From a virus, in IMG/VR virus record IMGVR_UViG_3300017720_000026: DNA of 34,660 nucleotides; one strand, written 5' to 3'. Under the pieces are notes generated by a model. The model had not been told where the DNA came from, did no database searches, and saw nothing but the letters and a program-made list of their open reading frames with translations. Shown here one piece after another: positions 9,453 to 14,522 of this stretch. The position numbers were made by a program, and so were the translations under genes. Each line of letters starts with the position of its first letter. The stretch's first letter is position 1.

Positions 9453-9701
9453 TTACCACTTTTTACAACTCCAGTATCGTGCCGATAGTTTATCTGGAGG
9501 AGACGTATCACATTTGTGTCTGGCTCGAAAGCTCTTCCTTCTCTTGGGCTGATCCTTTTTAATTGTCATGTTGGGATCACCAAACCTAATTAACTTTGTC
9601 TTGTCGCCTTTTTTGGCAAGAACAGCAAACTTTTTAGACTTGCCAGGAGTACGCTTAGGTTTGTTATAGCCAGAGAACTTCTCACCTCTATAGGTTATCA
9701 T
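9453..9701 (-). CDS. Small basic protein (82 aa)
   Basis: MITYRGEKFSGYNKPKRTPGKSKKF...FGDPNM...RRKSFRARHKCD...YWSCKKW. I recognise this pattern from hypothetical proteins of marine viruses. Function unknown. Confidence 0.6.
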   Translation of the reverse strand: MITYRGEKFSGYNKPKRTPGKSKKFAVLAKKGDKTKLIRFGDPNMTIKKDQPKRRKSFRARHKCDTSPPDKLSARYWSCKKW

Positions 9702-9793
9702 TTTTTCTTACGAGGTTTCTTTTTCTTTTTACTTTCCTCATCCTTCTTTTTCTTTTTCTTAGGTTTCATACTTCCATAACCATAACCAGCCAT
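9698..9793 (-). CDS. 31-aa poly-lysine mini-protein, first ORF of the leftward operon
   Basis: Hand translation: MAGYGYGSMKPKKKKKKDEESKKKKKPRKKK. GAGGAG RBS. The stop overlaps the next ATG (ATGA at 9701..9698). Confidence 0.4.
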   Translation of the reverse strand: MAGYGYGSMKPKKKKKKDEESKKKKKPRKKK

Positions 9794-9810
9794 AAGACAA
9801 CTCCTCGACT

Positions 9811-9841
9811 ATTTTAAAAAGACCAAACCATAACTGGTTTG
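9811..9841 (-). terminator. Terminator-shaped hairpin plus U-tract in the late leader
   Basis: Minus-strand sequence CAAACCA-GTTA-TGGTTTG (7-bp stem, tetraloop) followed by GTCTTTTTAAAAT. It lies 18 nt upstream of the first late ATG. The stem is A/T-rich and weak. Confidence 0.3.
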
Positions 9842-9953
9842 CATACTTAAGTATTCTTAAGATGTGAAGATAAGTTATTTGTTTAAATTCTTAAAGGTTA
9901 ACTTCTTAAAGTTTAACTTTGATGTTCTTAAGTATCAACCTCTTTATAGCTTT

Positions 9954-9982
9954 ATTATATCATATTTATAACCTAAAGTCAA
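9954..9982 (-). promoter_or_regulatory. Near-consensus sigma70-type promoter for the leftward (structural/late) operon
   Basis: Minus strand reads TTGACT (9982..9977), a 17-nt spacer, then TATAAT (9959..9954). A weaker TTGATA-17-TAAACT lies downstream at 9938..9910. Confidence 0.5.
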
Positions 9983-10039
9983 TAGCTTCTTAGGATTTCT
10001 TTAGAAGTACCCCGCCTGTCCTGAAAAGTCAAGAGTTAT

Positions 10040-10067
10040 TTTACTATGGTTTAGTTATTTATGTAAT
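10040..10067 (+). promoter_or_regulatory. Weak sigma70-like promoter candidate for the rightward arm
   Basis: TTTACT (10040..10045), a 16-nt spacer, then TGTAAT (10062..10067). Confidence 0.25.
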
Positions 10068-10261
10068 TCTTAGGTGGTCCAAATTGCTTCCCATGTGGGC
10101 ATGAGGGTAGAACAGGAATGCTGGGTTGGCTATGGGCCCCTCCCCGTGCCTCCTCAGGCCCACAAATGACCCCACTGGGCGTGTGGTTTTCCTGAGACTA
10201 CCTGAGAATTCCTGTGGAAATGAGAAAAAAAGAATACCTGAGTGTGGTTGTCAGGTATTTC

Positions 10262-10275
10262 CTGGGACATCCCAG
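10262..10275. promoter_or_regulatory. Palindrome site A: CTGGGA-CA-TCCCAG (2-nt spacer variant)
   Basis: Perfect inverted repeat read directly, 9 nt upstream of the sigma54-like element. Confidence 0.7.
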
Positions 10276-10284
10276 GAATTCAAT

Positions 10285-10300
10285 TGGCACACTTATTGCA
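10285..10300 (+). promoter_or_regulatory. Sigma54-type -24/-12 element (TGGCAC-N5-TTGCA)
   Basis: tTGGCACacttaTTGCAtt matches the 11 fixed bases TGGCAC-N5-TTGCW of the RpoN consensus at canonical spacing (the consensus G after TGGCAC is A here). It points toward the first early gene. Confidence 0.3.
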
Positions 10301-10369
10301 TTAAGCACAATTCATGCCAGTTATACCAGTGTGGTACTTATGCAACACTTATGGCCTCAAATGAAAAAT

Positions 10370-10384
10370 ATGGGATGATCCCAT
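10370..10384. promoter_or_regulatory. Palindrome site B: ATGGGAT-G-ATCCCAT
   Basis: Perfect 7+1+7 palindrome followed by AAAATAA. It lies 27-75 nt upstream of the candidate starts of the first early ORF. Confidence 0.7.
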
Positions 10385-10459
10385 AAAATAATTCTAGACA
10401 ATATCTGAGAATTGATGTCTATTGTCATCACCATTAATCAGTCAAAAGGATATAGAGCA

Positions 10460-11056
10460 ATGCATAACGTTGAAAACATCAATAAAGCTTTACGCCAAGC
10501 GGTTCATTCGGATGCTAAACACGCTGAGAACTTGGTCATGGAGCATTACCTGCCCATGTTTGAAATCATCCAGGCGGAGACCGGCGGAGCATGGCCGGAA
10601 AAGTCCCTCACTAAAAAGATGGTGGAGAATAGCGGAGTTCTCACGGACATGTTCGTATTTCTCACGCCGGAGCAGCGTTCTGAGTTTGCCAGGGATTGCA
10701 AATTTGTGAAGGAGAATTTTGATCCTGTAGTAGATGAAGCCCTGGCGAACGGATGGCGCAAACTGAGCGCAATTCGGAAGGCTATCCAGAAGGCTCAGAA
10801 GGCCGAGGAAGCAACCGAGGAGGTGGCCGAGGAAGCTGAGGAAGTAACCGAGGAAGCAACCGAGGAAGCAACCGAGGAAGCAACCGAGGAAACGGAAACA
10901 AAACCCCTGGAAGATGTAGACTATGTAGCGGTAATCGCTGCATTGCTTGCCGAGGCTCAACAGAACGGATTAGATCCCAAGAAGATTGCATCAAAAGCAC
11001 TCGCGGAAATAGCGGACCCCAACCCTCTGGAAATTCCTGAGGCATTCCGCCGCTAG
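10460..11056 (+). CDS. Highly acidic early protein with an EEATEE repeat (function unknown; DNA-mimic candidate)
   Basis: First ORF of the rightward arm. The start is uncertain (TTG 10412, ATG 10415 or ATG 10460); 10460 has AAAGGA upstream. The product has the E/D-rich stretch AEEATEEVAEEAEEVTEEATEEATEEATEETE. Confidence 0.6.
   Translation: MHNVENINKALRQAVHSDAKHAENLVMEHYLPMFEIIQAETGGAWPEKSLTKKMVENSGVLTDMFVFLTPEQRSEFARDCKFVKENFDPVVDEALANGWRKLSAIRKAIQKAQKAEEATEEVAEEAEEVTEEATEEATEEATEETETKPLEDVDYVAVIAALLAEAQQNGLDPKKIASKALAEIADPNPLEIPEAFRR
10808..10900 (+). repeat. Degenerate 12-nt tandem repeat (gaagcaaccgag) inside the acidic-protein gene
   Basis: Three perfect consecutive copies at 10853..10888, flanked by diverged copies (gaggtggccgag, gaagtaaccgag, gaaacggaaaca). 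Confidence 0.9.
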
Positions 11057-11067
11057 TGTTTCCTACA

Positions 11068-11100
11068 ATATCCCCTGGTTTGACAATGGCCAGGGGGTAT
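11068..11100 (+). other. 11-bp stem-loop after the acidic gene (one G-U pair), with TTGACA in the loop
   Basis: atatcccctgg (11068..11078) pairs with ccagggggtat (11090..11100). The loop is tttgacaatgg. No U-tract follows. Confidence 0.4.
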
Positions 11101-11127
11101 GATAGGACACACTAAAGGAGACAGGTG

Positions 11128-11208
11128 ATGTTTATGTTATGGTTATTTTTTATTTCAAGTGTAGTTATGTTTTTTTATTGTTTATGGTTTTTAAAGGAGA
11201 ACAAGTGA
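11128..11208 (+). CDS. 26-aa hydrophobic micro-ORF
   Basis: AAGGAG RBS. Hand translation: MFMLWLFFISSVVMFFYCLWFLKENK. The stop overlaps the next ATG (TGATG). It could instead be T-rich spacer. Confidence 0.3.
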   Translation: MFMLWLFFISSVVMFFYCLWFLKENK

Positions 11209-11825
11209 TGTTAGTTAAAGAAGCAATACAATCTGGTAAGATATCCAAAGGCAACAGCAAGATGCCAGGGACATCATACGCTATAGATGCTTTCGCCTGT
11301 AAGACGGGGAGCAAGTTAGCAGAAATCAAGGGTACACCTTGTGCATCCTGCTATGCCCGGAAGCTACAAAAGCTACGCCCTAGCGTGAACCAGGGATACA
11401 AGTCTAACCTGGAGAAGTGGCAAAATGCTAGCCAACAAACCTGGATTGAAGCAATGGTTTTTCAAATCAATAGATCGGGGACCAAATATCATAGATGGTT
11501 TGATAGTGGGGACCTGCAATCACGGACCATGTTGGATAGTATTATTGAGGTGTGCAAACGCACCCCGAACGTGAAACATTGGCTACCTACGCAGGAACGA
11601 GACATCATACGTGGCGTAAATACACCGGACAACCTAGTGATCCGTCTATCGGGGAGCAAGGTCAATGGTCGTGCCCCTAATGCTGACAACACTAGCACGG
11701 TATTTGACAAACACGGGCAACCCATAGGCCAGGAATGCCTAGCCTACACTCGCGGGAATAATTGTGGGGATTGTAGGGCATGTTGGAGTCCGTCCGTCAA
11801 AAACGTATCGTACAAGAAACACTAA
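11208..11825 (+). CDS. Cys-rich early protein (resembles the phage 'gene product 88' domain family)
   Basis: Start at ATG 11208 after AAGGAG. It contains GNSKMPG...TPCASCYARK...NNCGDCRACW cysteine motifs. The family assignment is from memory only. Confidence 0.5.
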   Translation: MLVKEAIQSGKISKGNSKMPGTSYAIDAFACKTGSKLAEIKGTPCASCYARKLQKLRPSVNQGYKSNLEKWQNASQQTWIEAMVFQINRSGTKYHRWFDSGDLQSRTMLDSIIEVCKRTPNVKHWLPTQERDIIRGVNTPDNLVIRLSGSKVNGRAPNADNTSTVFDKHGQPIGQECLAYTRGNNCGDCRACWSPSVKNVSYKKH

Positions 11826-11827
11826 AC

Positions 11828-11842
11828 CTGGGACCGTCCCAG
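11828..11842. promoter_or_regulatory. Palindrome site C: CTGGGAC-C-GTCCCAG
   Basis: Perfect 7+1+7 palindrome, 3 nt after the upstream stop and exactly 18 nt before ATG 11861. Context: aaaCCTGGGACCGTCCCAGAAAAttggagg. Confidence 0.8.
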
Positions 11843-11860
11843 AAAATTGGAGGTAAAACC

Positions 11861-11989
11861 ATGACTAAAACCGCGAGATCATATGACGAGGCTATCGAAT
11901 TGTTACGACTAAAAGATGAACAGAAGCAAGGTAAAAAAGGAGCTAGACAATGGACAAGAAATTTGGTATGGTGGATGTCGTCGCACTAG
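11861..11989 (+). CDS. Hypothetical 42-aa protein
   Basis: GGAGGT RBS. MTKTARSYDEAIELLRLKDEQKQGKKGARQWTRNLVWWMSSH. It overlaps the next micro-ORF by 40 nt. Confidence 0.4.
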   Translation: MTKTARSYDEAIELLRLKDEQKQGKKGARQWTRNLVWWMSSH

Positions 11990-12039
11990 CGATGGCACTT
12001 GCGGCGGTAATCTTTTTTATAGAGGTGATAATCAAATGA
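11950..12039 (+). CDS. 29-aa hydrophobic micro-ORF
   Basis: AAGGAG RBS 7 nt upstream. MDKKFGMVDVVALAMALAAVIFFIEVIIK. The stop overlaps ATG 12036 (ATGA). Confidence 0.35.
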   Translation: MDKKFGMVDVVALAMALAAVIFFIEVIIK

Positions 12040-12254
12040 AAAAAATAATACACATTAATCAACACGTTATCAAGGCAAACGCTAAGTCTGGAGAGCGTAA
12101 CCCAGTGATCACGGTCAAGACGTACAAGTCAAACGACTACGGCCACACAGTAGAGGTTGACGGTCCCTGTAAAATAGTGTATAGTCCAGACAAGCCGCTG
12201 TCCTGCGGTGCCAAAGTATGGATTGAAACTCAAGCAAAGGTAACAGTAAAATGA
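12036..12254 (+). CDS. Hypothetical protein (72 aa)
   Basis: GAGGTGA RBS. MKKIIHINQHVIKANAKSGERNPVITVKTYKSNDYGHTVEVDGPCKIVYSPDKPLSCGAKVWIETQ... I preferred this internal start to the track's 11916. Confidence 0.6.
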   Translation: MKKIIHINQHVIKANAKSGERNPVITVKTYKSNDYGHTVEVDGPCKIVYSPDKPLSCGAKVWIETQAKVTVK

Positions 12255-12487
12255 CAACACGCATATGGACAAAAACGGAGACGCAAGAGATTATCAAGGC
12301 GTTACGTTTAGCAGGGTACACCATCCCGCCAAAGAAGAACAGGTACTATAAAACCGAGGAGAAATACTCAAACAAAAACGGATCAGAACGTAGTTACTTT
12401 GTGGCACTTGACATGGGTGGAAATTACATGGTAAATTATCACCCTGAATTATTGATGGACCCGGAGGACGAACTCTATGGCATATAG
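12251..12487 (+). CDS. Hypothetical protein (78 aa)
   Basis: ORF-track protein with an ATGA overlap to the upstream gene. Confidence 0.55.
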   Translation: MTTRIWTKTETQEIIKALRLAGYTIPPKKNRYYKTEEKYSNKNGSERSYFVALDMGGNYMVNYHPELLMDPEDELYGI

Positions 12488-12659
12488 CAGACAGAAACTA
12501 GTGGACCAGTGCATGAGTGCGGTTAGACGCATGGGGTACGACGAGTGGTGCTGGGCGATGGAGTGCAGGTACAATGTCATGCCGGATTGGTGGTGGAATC
12601 CCACTGAGAAAGACAAGAAGTATAAGCATTATGTTGCAACTGGTACATGGGGTGCTTGA
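12477..12659 (+). CDS. Hypothetical Trp/Cys-rich protein (60 aa)
   Basis: ORF-track protein ...DEWCWAMECRYNVMPDWWWNPTEKDKKYKHY... Confidence 0.5.
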   Translation: MAYSRQKLVDQCMSAVRRMGYDEWCWAMECRYNVMPDWWWNPTEKDKKYKHYVATGTWGA

Positions 12660-12660
12660 T

Positions 12661-12750
12661 ATGTGGGAGAAAATTAGATTAGTTTTGTCGGATCACTGGG
12701 TATATTTTATCGTGACCTGGACCCTGATCTATATATCAGCGAGATTTTAA
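12661..12750 (+). CDS. 29-aa hydrophobic micro-ORF
   Basis: MWEKIRLVLSDHWVYFIVTWTLIYISARF. The ATG is 1 nt after the upstream stop. The RBS is weak. Confidence 0.3.
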   Translation: MWEKIRLVLSDHWVYFIVTWTLIYISARF

Positions 12751-12781
12751 GGTAAGTAAAAGACAAGTAAAGGAAAAGAAA

Positions 12782-12979
12782 ATGAGATGTAAAATTTGTG
12801 ACGCTAAACTAAAGGACGGAGAATTACTTAAGCGTGATCTGTTCACAGGTTTACCTCTTGACACATGCGGAAAGTGCATGGGTTCAATAGGTGAGGCGGT
12901 AGCGGAGGACTTTGAGTACATAGACGATGTTAATATTATCTCAAAGATTCCGCTTGACAATGAGGAGAATGATCTATAG
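12782..12979 (+). CDS. Small zinc-ribbon-like protein (65 aa) with an acidic tail
   Basis: CKICDAK...TCGKCMG (CxxC-x21-CxxC) with an acidic C-terminus. Confidence 0.6.
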   Translation: MRCKICDAKLKDGELLKRDLFTGLPLDTCGKCMGSIGEAVAEDFEYIDDVNIISKIPLDNEENDL

Positions 12980-12982
12980 AAT
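12954..12982 (+). promoter_or_regulatory. Near-consensus sigma70-type promoter (middle/replication operon)
   Basis: TTGACA (12954..12959), a 17-nt spacer, then TAGAAT (12977..12982). It overlaps the stop codon of 12782..12979 and fires into the 220-nt intergenic leader. Confidence 0.5.
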
Positions 12983-13039
12983 ACTTAAGAAGCCTAGGGA
13001 ATTAATCCTTTATATATTCATTAAAGTTATTTCCTAGGT

Positions 13040-13166
13040 ATTCTTAAGACTGAGAGTGTCATGGGGGGAACCTAGCACTAGGTGAGCGAGACCTCATAGC
13101 ACAAAGGCCTTACCTCTCTACCTTGTGTGGAGGCCGTACAGGGGTGACACTCTCAACCTTAAGAAT
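13040..13166 (+). repeat. Imperfect 22-bp inverted repeat enclosing 83 nt; putative structured 5' leader RNA or processing site
   Basis: attcttaagACtgagagtgtca (13040..13061) against tgacactctcaACcttaagaat (13145..13166): 20 of 22 positions pair. The interior is GC-rich with local hairpins at 13078..13099 and 13106..13135. Confidence 0.85.
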
Positions 13167-13168
13167 AT

Positions 13169-13183
13169 CTGGGATGGTCCCAT
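13169..13183. promoter_or_regulatory. Palindrome site D: CTGGGA-TGG-TCCCAT
   Basis: It directly follows the long inverted repeat and lies exactly 18 nt before ATG 13202. An A6 run and GGAAGGAAGG RBS follow. Confidence 0.75.
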
Positions 13184-13201
13184 AAAAAAGGAAGGAAGGT
13201 T

Positions 13202-13375
13202 ATGTCTACCAAGAACAAGAGGCGGTCTTCTCCAAAGAATCGGAGGAATCCAGAGAAGGTTGTGATGGATAAGTACTATCACCCCAAAGCCTTCAGGTCC
13301 CGCAAGCGTACCCTGTCTGCTACTGATGCGGATAAGGAGATCAAGGAATACATGAGAGGTGAGCATGACTCGTAA
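13202..13375 (+). CDS. Small basic protein (57 aa, below ORF-track cutoff)
   Basis: Hand translation: MSTKNKRRSSPKNRRNPEKVVMDKYYHPKAFRSRKRTLSATDADKEIKEYMRGEHDS. Strong purine-rich RBS. Confidence 0.5.
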   Translation: MSTKNKRRSSPKNRRNPEKVVMDKYYHPKAFRSRKRTLSATDADKEIKEYMRGEHDS

Positions 13376-13583
13376 AGCTATATGGTTTGCTGATGAGGCA
13401 CCACGGATAGGCTCTGGCTACAGGATAGTCAACGTCAAGAAGAGGGGAAGGAAGTGGGTCTATCTTGAGTACTGGCCTGGGGGTTCCGAAGGTCACAAGA
13501 TAAACGTGAGGCTCCGAAAGAGTGTATTCGAGAGGCTCGAAGAATTAACGGATCATCAACTAAAGATAGGAGGTACAGACTAA
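13365..13583 (+). CDS. Hypothetical protein (72 aa)
   Basis: ORF-track protein. The start is ATG 13365 or GTG 13359. Confidence 0.55.
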   Translation: MTRKAIWFADEAPRIGSGYRIVNVKKRGRKWVYLEYWPGGSEGHKINVRLRKSVFERLEELTDHQLKIGGTD

Positions 13584-13900
13584 TGGCTAAGAATCCAATG
13601 GGAAAGACGAGAGACGTAGACAATCCCTACGCCATATTTAGGTTCAAGGATTTTGAGATACGTGTTCTCAAGACTTATCAACTACCAAAGAATGAGGAGA
13701 AGAATATGTATGCACGTTGGTTTACTGCCGCTAAGTCACCCATGACCTATGGTCGCTGGGAGTATGGCGACACATACAAGCGAGAGGTGCTACCCTTTGA
13801 ACAAATAGCGTCCTCTCCAGAGTACGACCAAGCCTATGGGAAAGACGGTAAACCTGTAGACTTGACACCTAGGCCTACGCATGGTAGTATATTAGCATAA
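13583..13900 (+). CDS. Hypothetical protein (105 aa)
   Basis: GGAGGT RBS and a TAATG overlap with the upstream gene. Confidence 0.6.
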   Translation: MAKNPMGKTRDVDNPYAIFRFKDFEIRVLKTYQLPKNEEKNMYARWFTAAKSPMTYGRWEYGDTYKREVLPFEQIASSPEYDQAYGKDGKPVDLTPRPTHGSILA

Positions 13901-13923
13901 CCAATCAGACAGAAGGAGTTAAG

Positions 13924-14151
13924 ATGAAAGCACAGACTAAACTTTTAATGGATCATTTTCAGGGTGGTCGTTCGATCTCTAACTACGAGGCCCGTGATCT
14001 CTATCGGATCGCCAGTCTACCTCGTAGGATCAGTGACCTTGAAGAAATGGGGATAGTCATTACCCGACAACGGAAGGTAGACCCCACGGGGAGACGTTAT
14101 GTTCGCTATTCAATGCCCACCTCTAATCAACTAAAGGAGAACTATCTATGA
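13924..14151 (+). CDS. Small winged-helix / HTH DNA-binding protein
   Basis: 75 aa. ...GRSISNYEARDLYRIASLPRRISDLEEMGIVI... is typical of short phage wHTH proteins. AAGGAG RBS. Confidence 0.65.
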   Translation: MKAQTKLLMDHFQGGRSISNYEARDLYRIASLPRRISDLEEMGIVITRQRKVDPTGRRYVRYSMPTSNQLKENYL

Positions 14152-14522
14152 TTACCGAAGGTACAGTTGCATTTTCAAACCTCGCTGAGACTGAGCGTTA
14201 CAATGGACAGGACACGGGCAAGTATTCCATCGTCCTCACTCTGGAACCTGACGAGGCGGCGAAGCTGGCCGAGACAGGGGTGAAGCTGAAGGAGTACAAG
14301 AACCAGCCCCAGCGCAAGTTTGTAACCAAGTTCCCTGGCTTCTCCGTCCTTGACGCTGACGGTGAGTCCATTGCCAAGTTCATCCCATATGGTTCTAGGG
14401 TGCGGGTAATGTGGGAACCCAGCAAACCACACCCTACTCACGGTGTTGCTCCGTACTTCAAGAAGATCAAGGTACTGGAGATGGCAGAGGGTGGTGACGG
14501 TGCAGACGACGAGGACTTTTAA
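14148..14522 (+). CDS. ssDNA-binding protein (T7 gp2.5-like, short)
   Basis: 124 aa, directly upstream of primase-helicase. OB-like N-terminus (GTVAFSNLAETERYNGQDTGKYSIVLTL). Acidic C-terminus ending in Phe (GGDGADDEDF), as in T7 gp2.5. Confidence 0.65.
   Translation: MITEGTVAFSNLAETERYNGQDTGKYSIVLTLEPDEAAKLAETGVKLKEYKNQPQRKFVTKFPGFSVLDADGESIAKFIPYGSRVRVMWEPSKPHPTHGVAPYFKKIKVLEMAEGGDGADDEDF

Larger units (their letters stand above)
9845..10075. repeat. Array of TTCTTA(A/G)(A/G) / CTTAAG motifs in the divergent control region
   Basis: acttaagt 9845..9852, attcttaag 9853..9861, attcttaaag 9887..9896, cttcttaaag 9902..9911, gttcttaag 9924..9932, gcttcttagg 9986..9995, aattcttagg 10066..10075. 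All are in the same orientation. Confidence 0.8.

Noticed and set aside
9845-10075. Repeat array as a possible CRISPR or mini-array.
   Set aside because: The repeats are only 8-10 nt with irregular 8-81-nt spacing. There is no 24-40-nt repeat unit.
10126-10386. 86-aa ORF in the control region.
   Set aside because: It has odd Cys/Pro-rich composition and no RBS. It spans the palindromes, the sigma54-like element and the repeated modules, so it is more plausibly a non-coding leader.
10490-11045. Antisense ORFs of 156, 87 and 71 aa opposite the acidic-protein gene (with LLPRLLPR and GCFLGCFL repeats).
   Set aside because: These are shadow frames created by the 12-nt tandem repeat. They run opposite to the arm's transcription direction and have no RBS.
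11113-11212. Apparent duplication of a 20-nt translation-initiation cassette: taaaggagacaggtgatgtt against taaaggagaacaagtgatgtt.
   Set aside because: Much of the identity is the phage's preferred SD, TAAAGGAGA, which is also at 14132..14140. This is probably convergence on a strong RBS rather than a meaningful repeat.
13040-13166. Possible tRNA or tRNA-like gene in the structured intergenic element; I also checked 22219..22450.
   Set aside because: I could not build a cloverleaf. There is no GTTCRANYC T-loop or 7-bp acceptor with the right spacing, and a 22-bp closing stem is incompatible with a tRNA.
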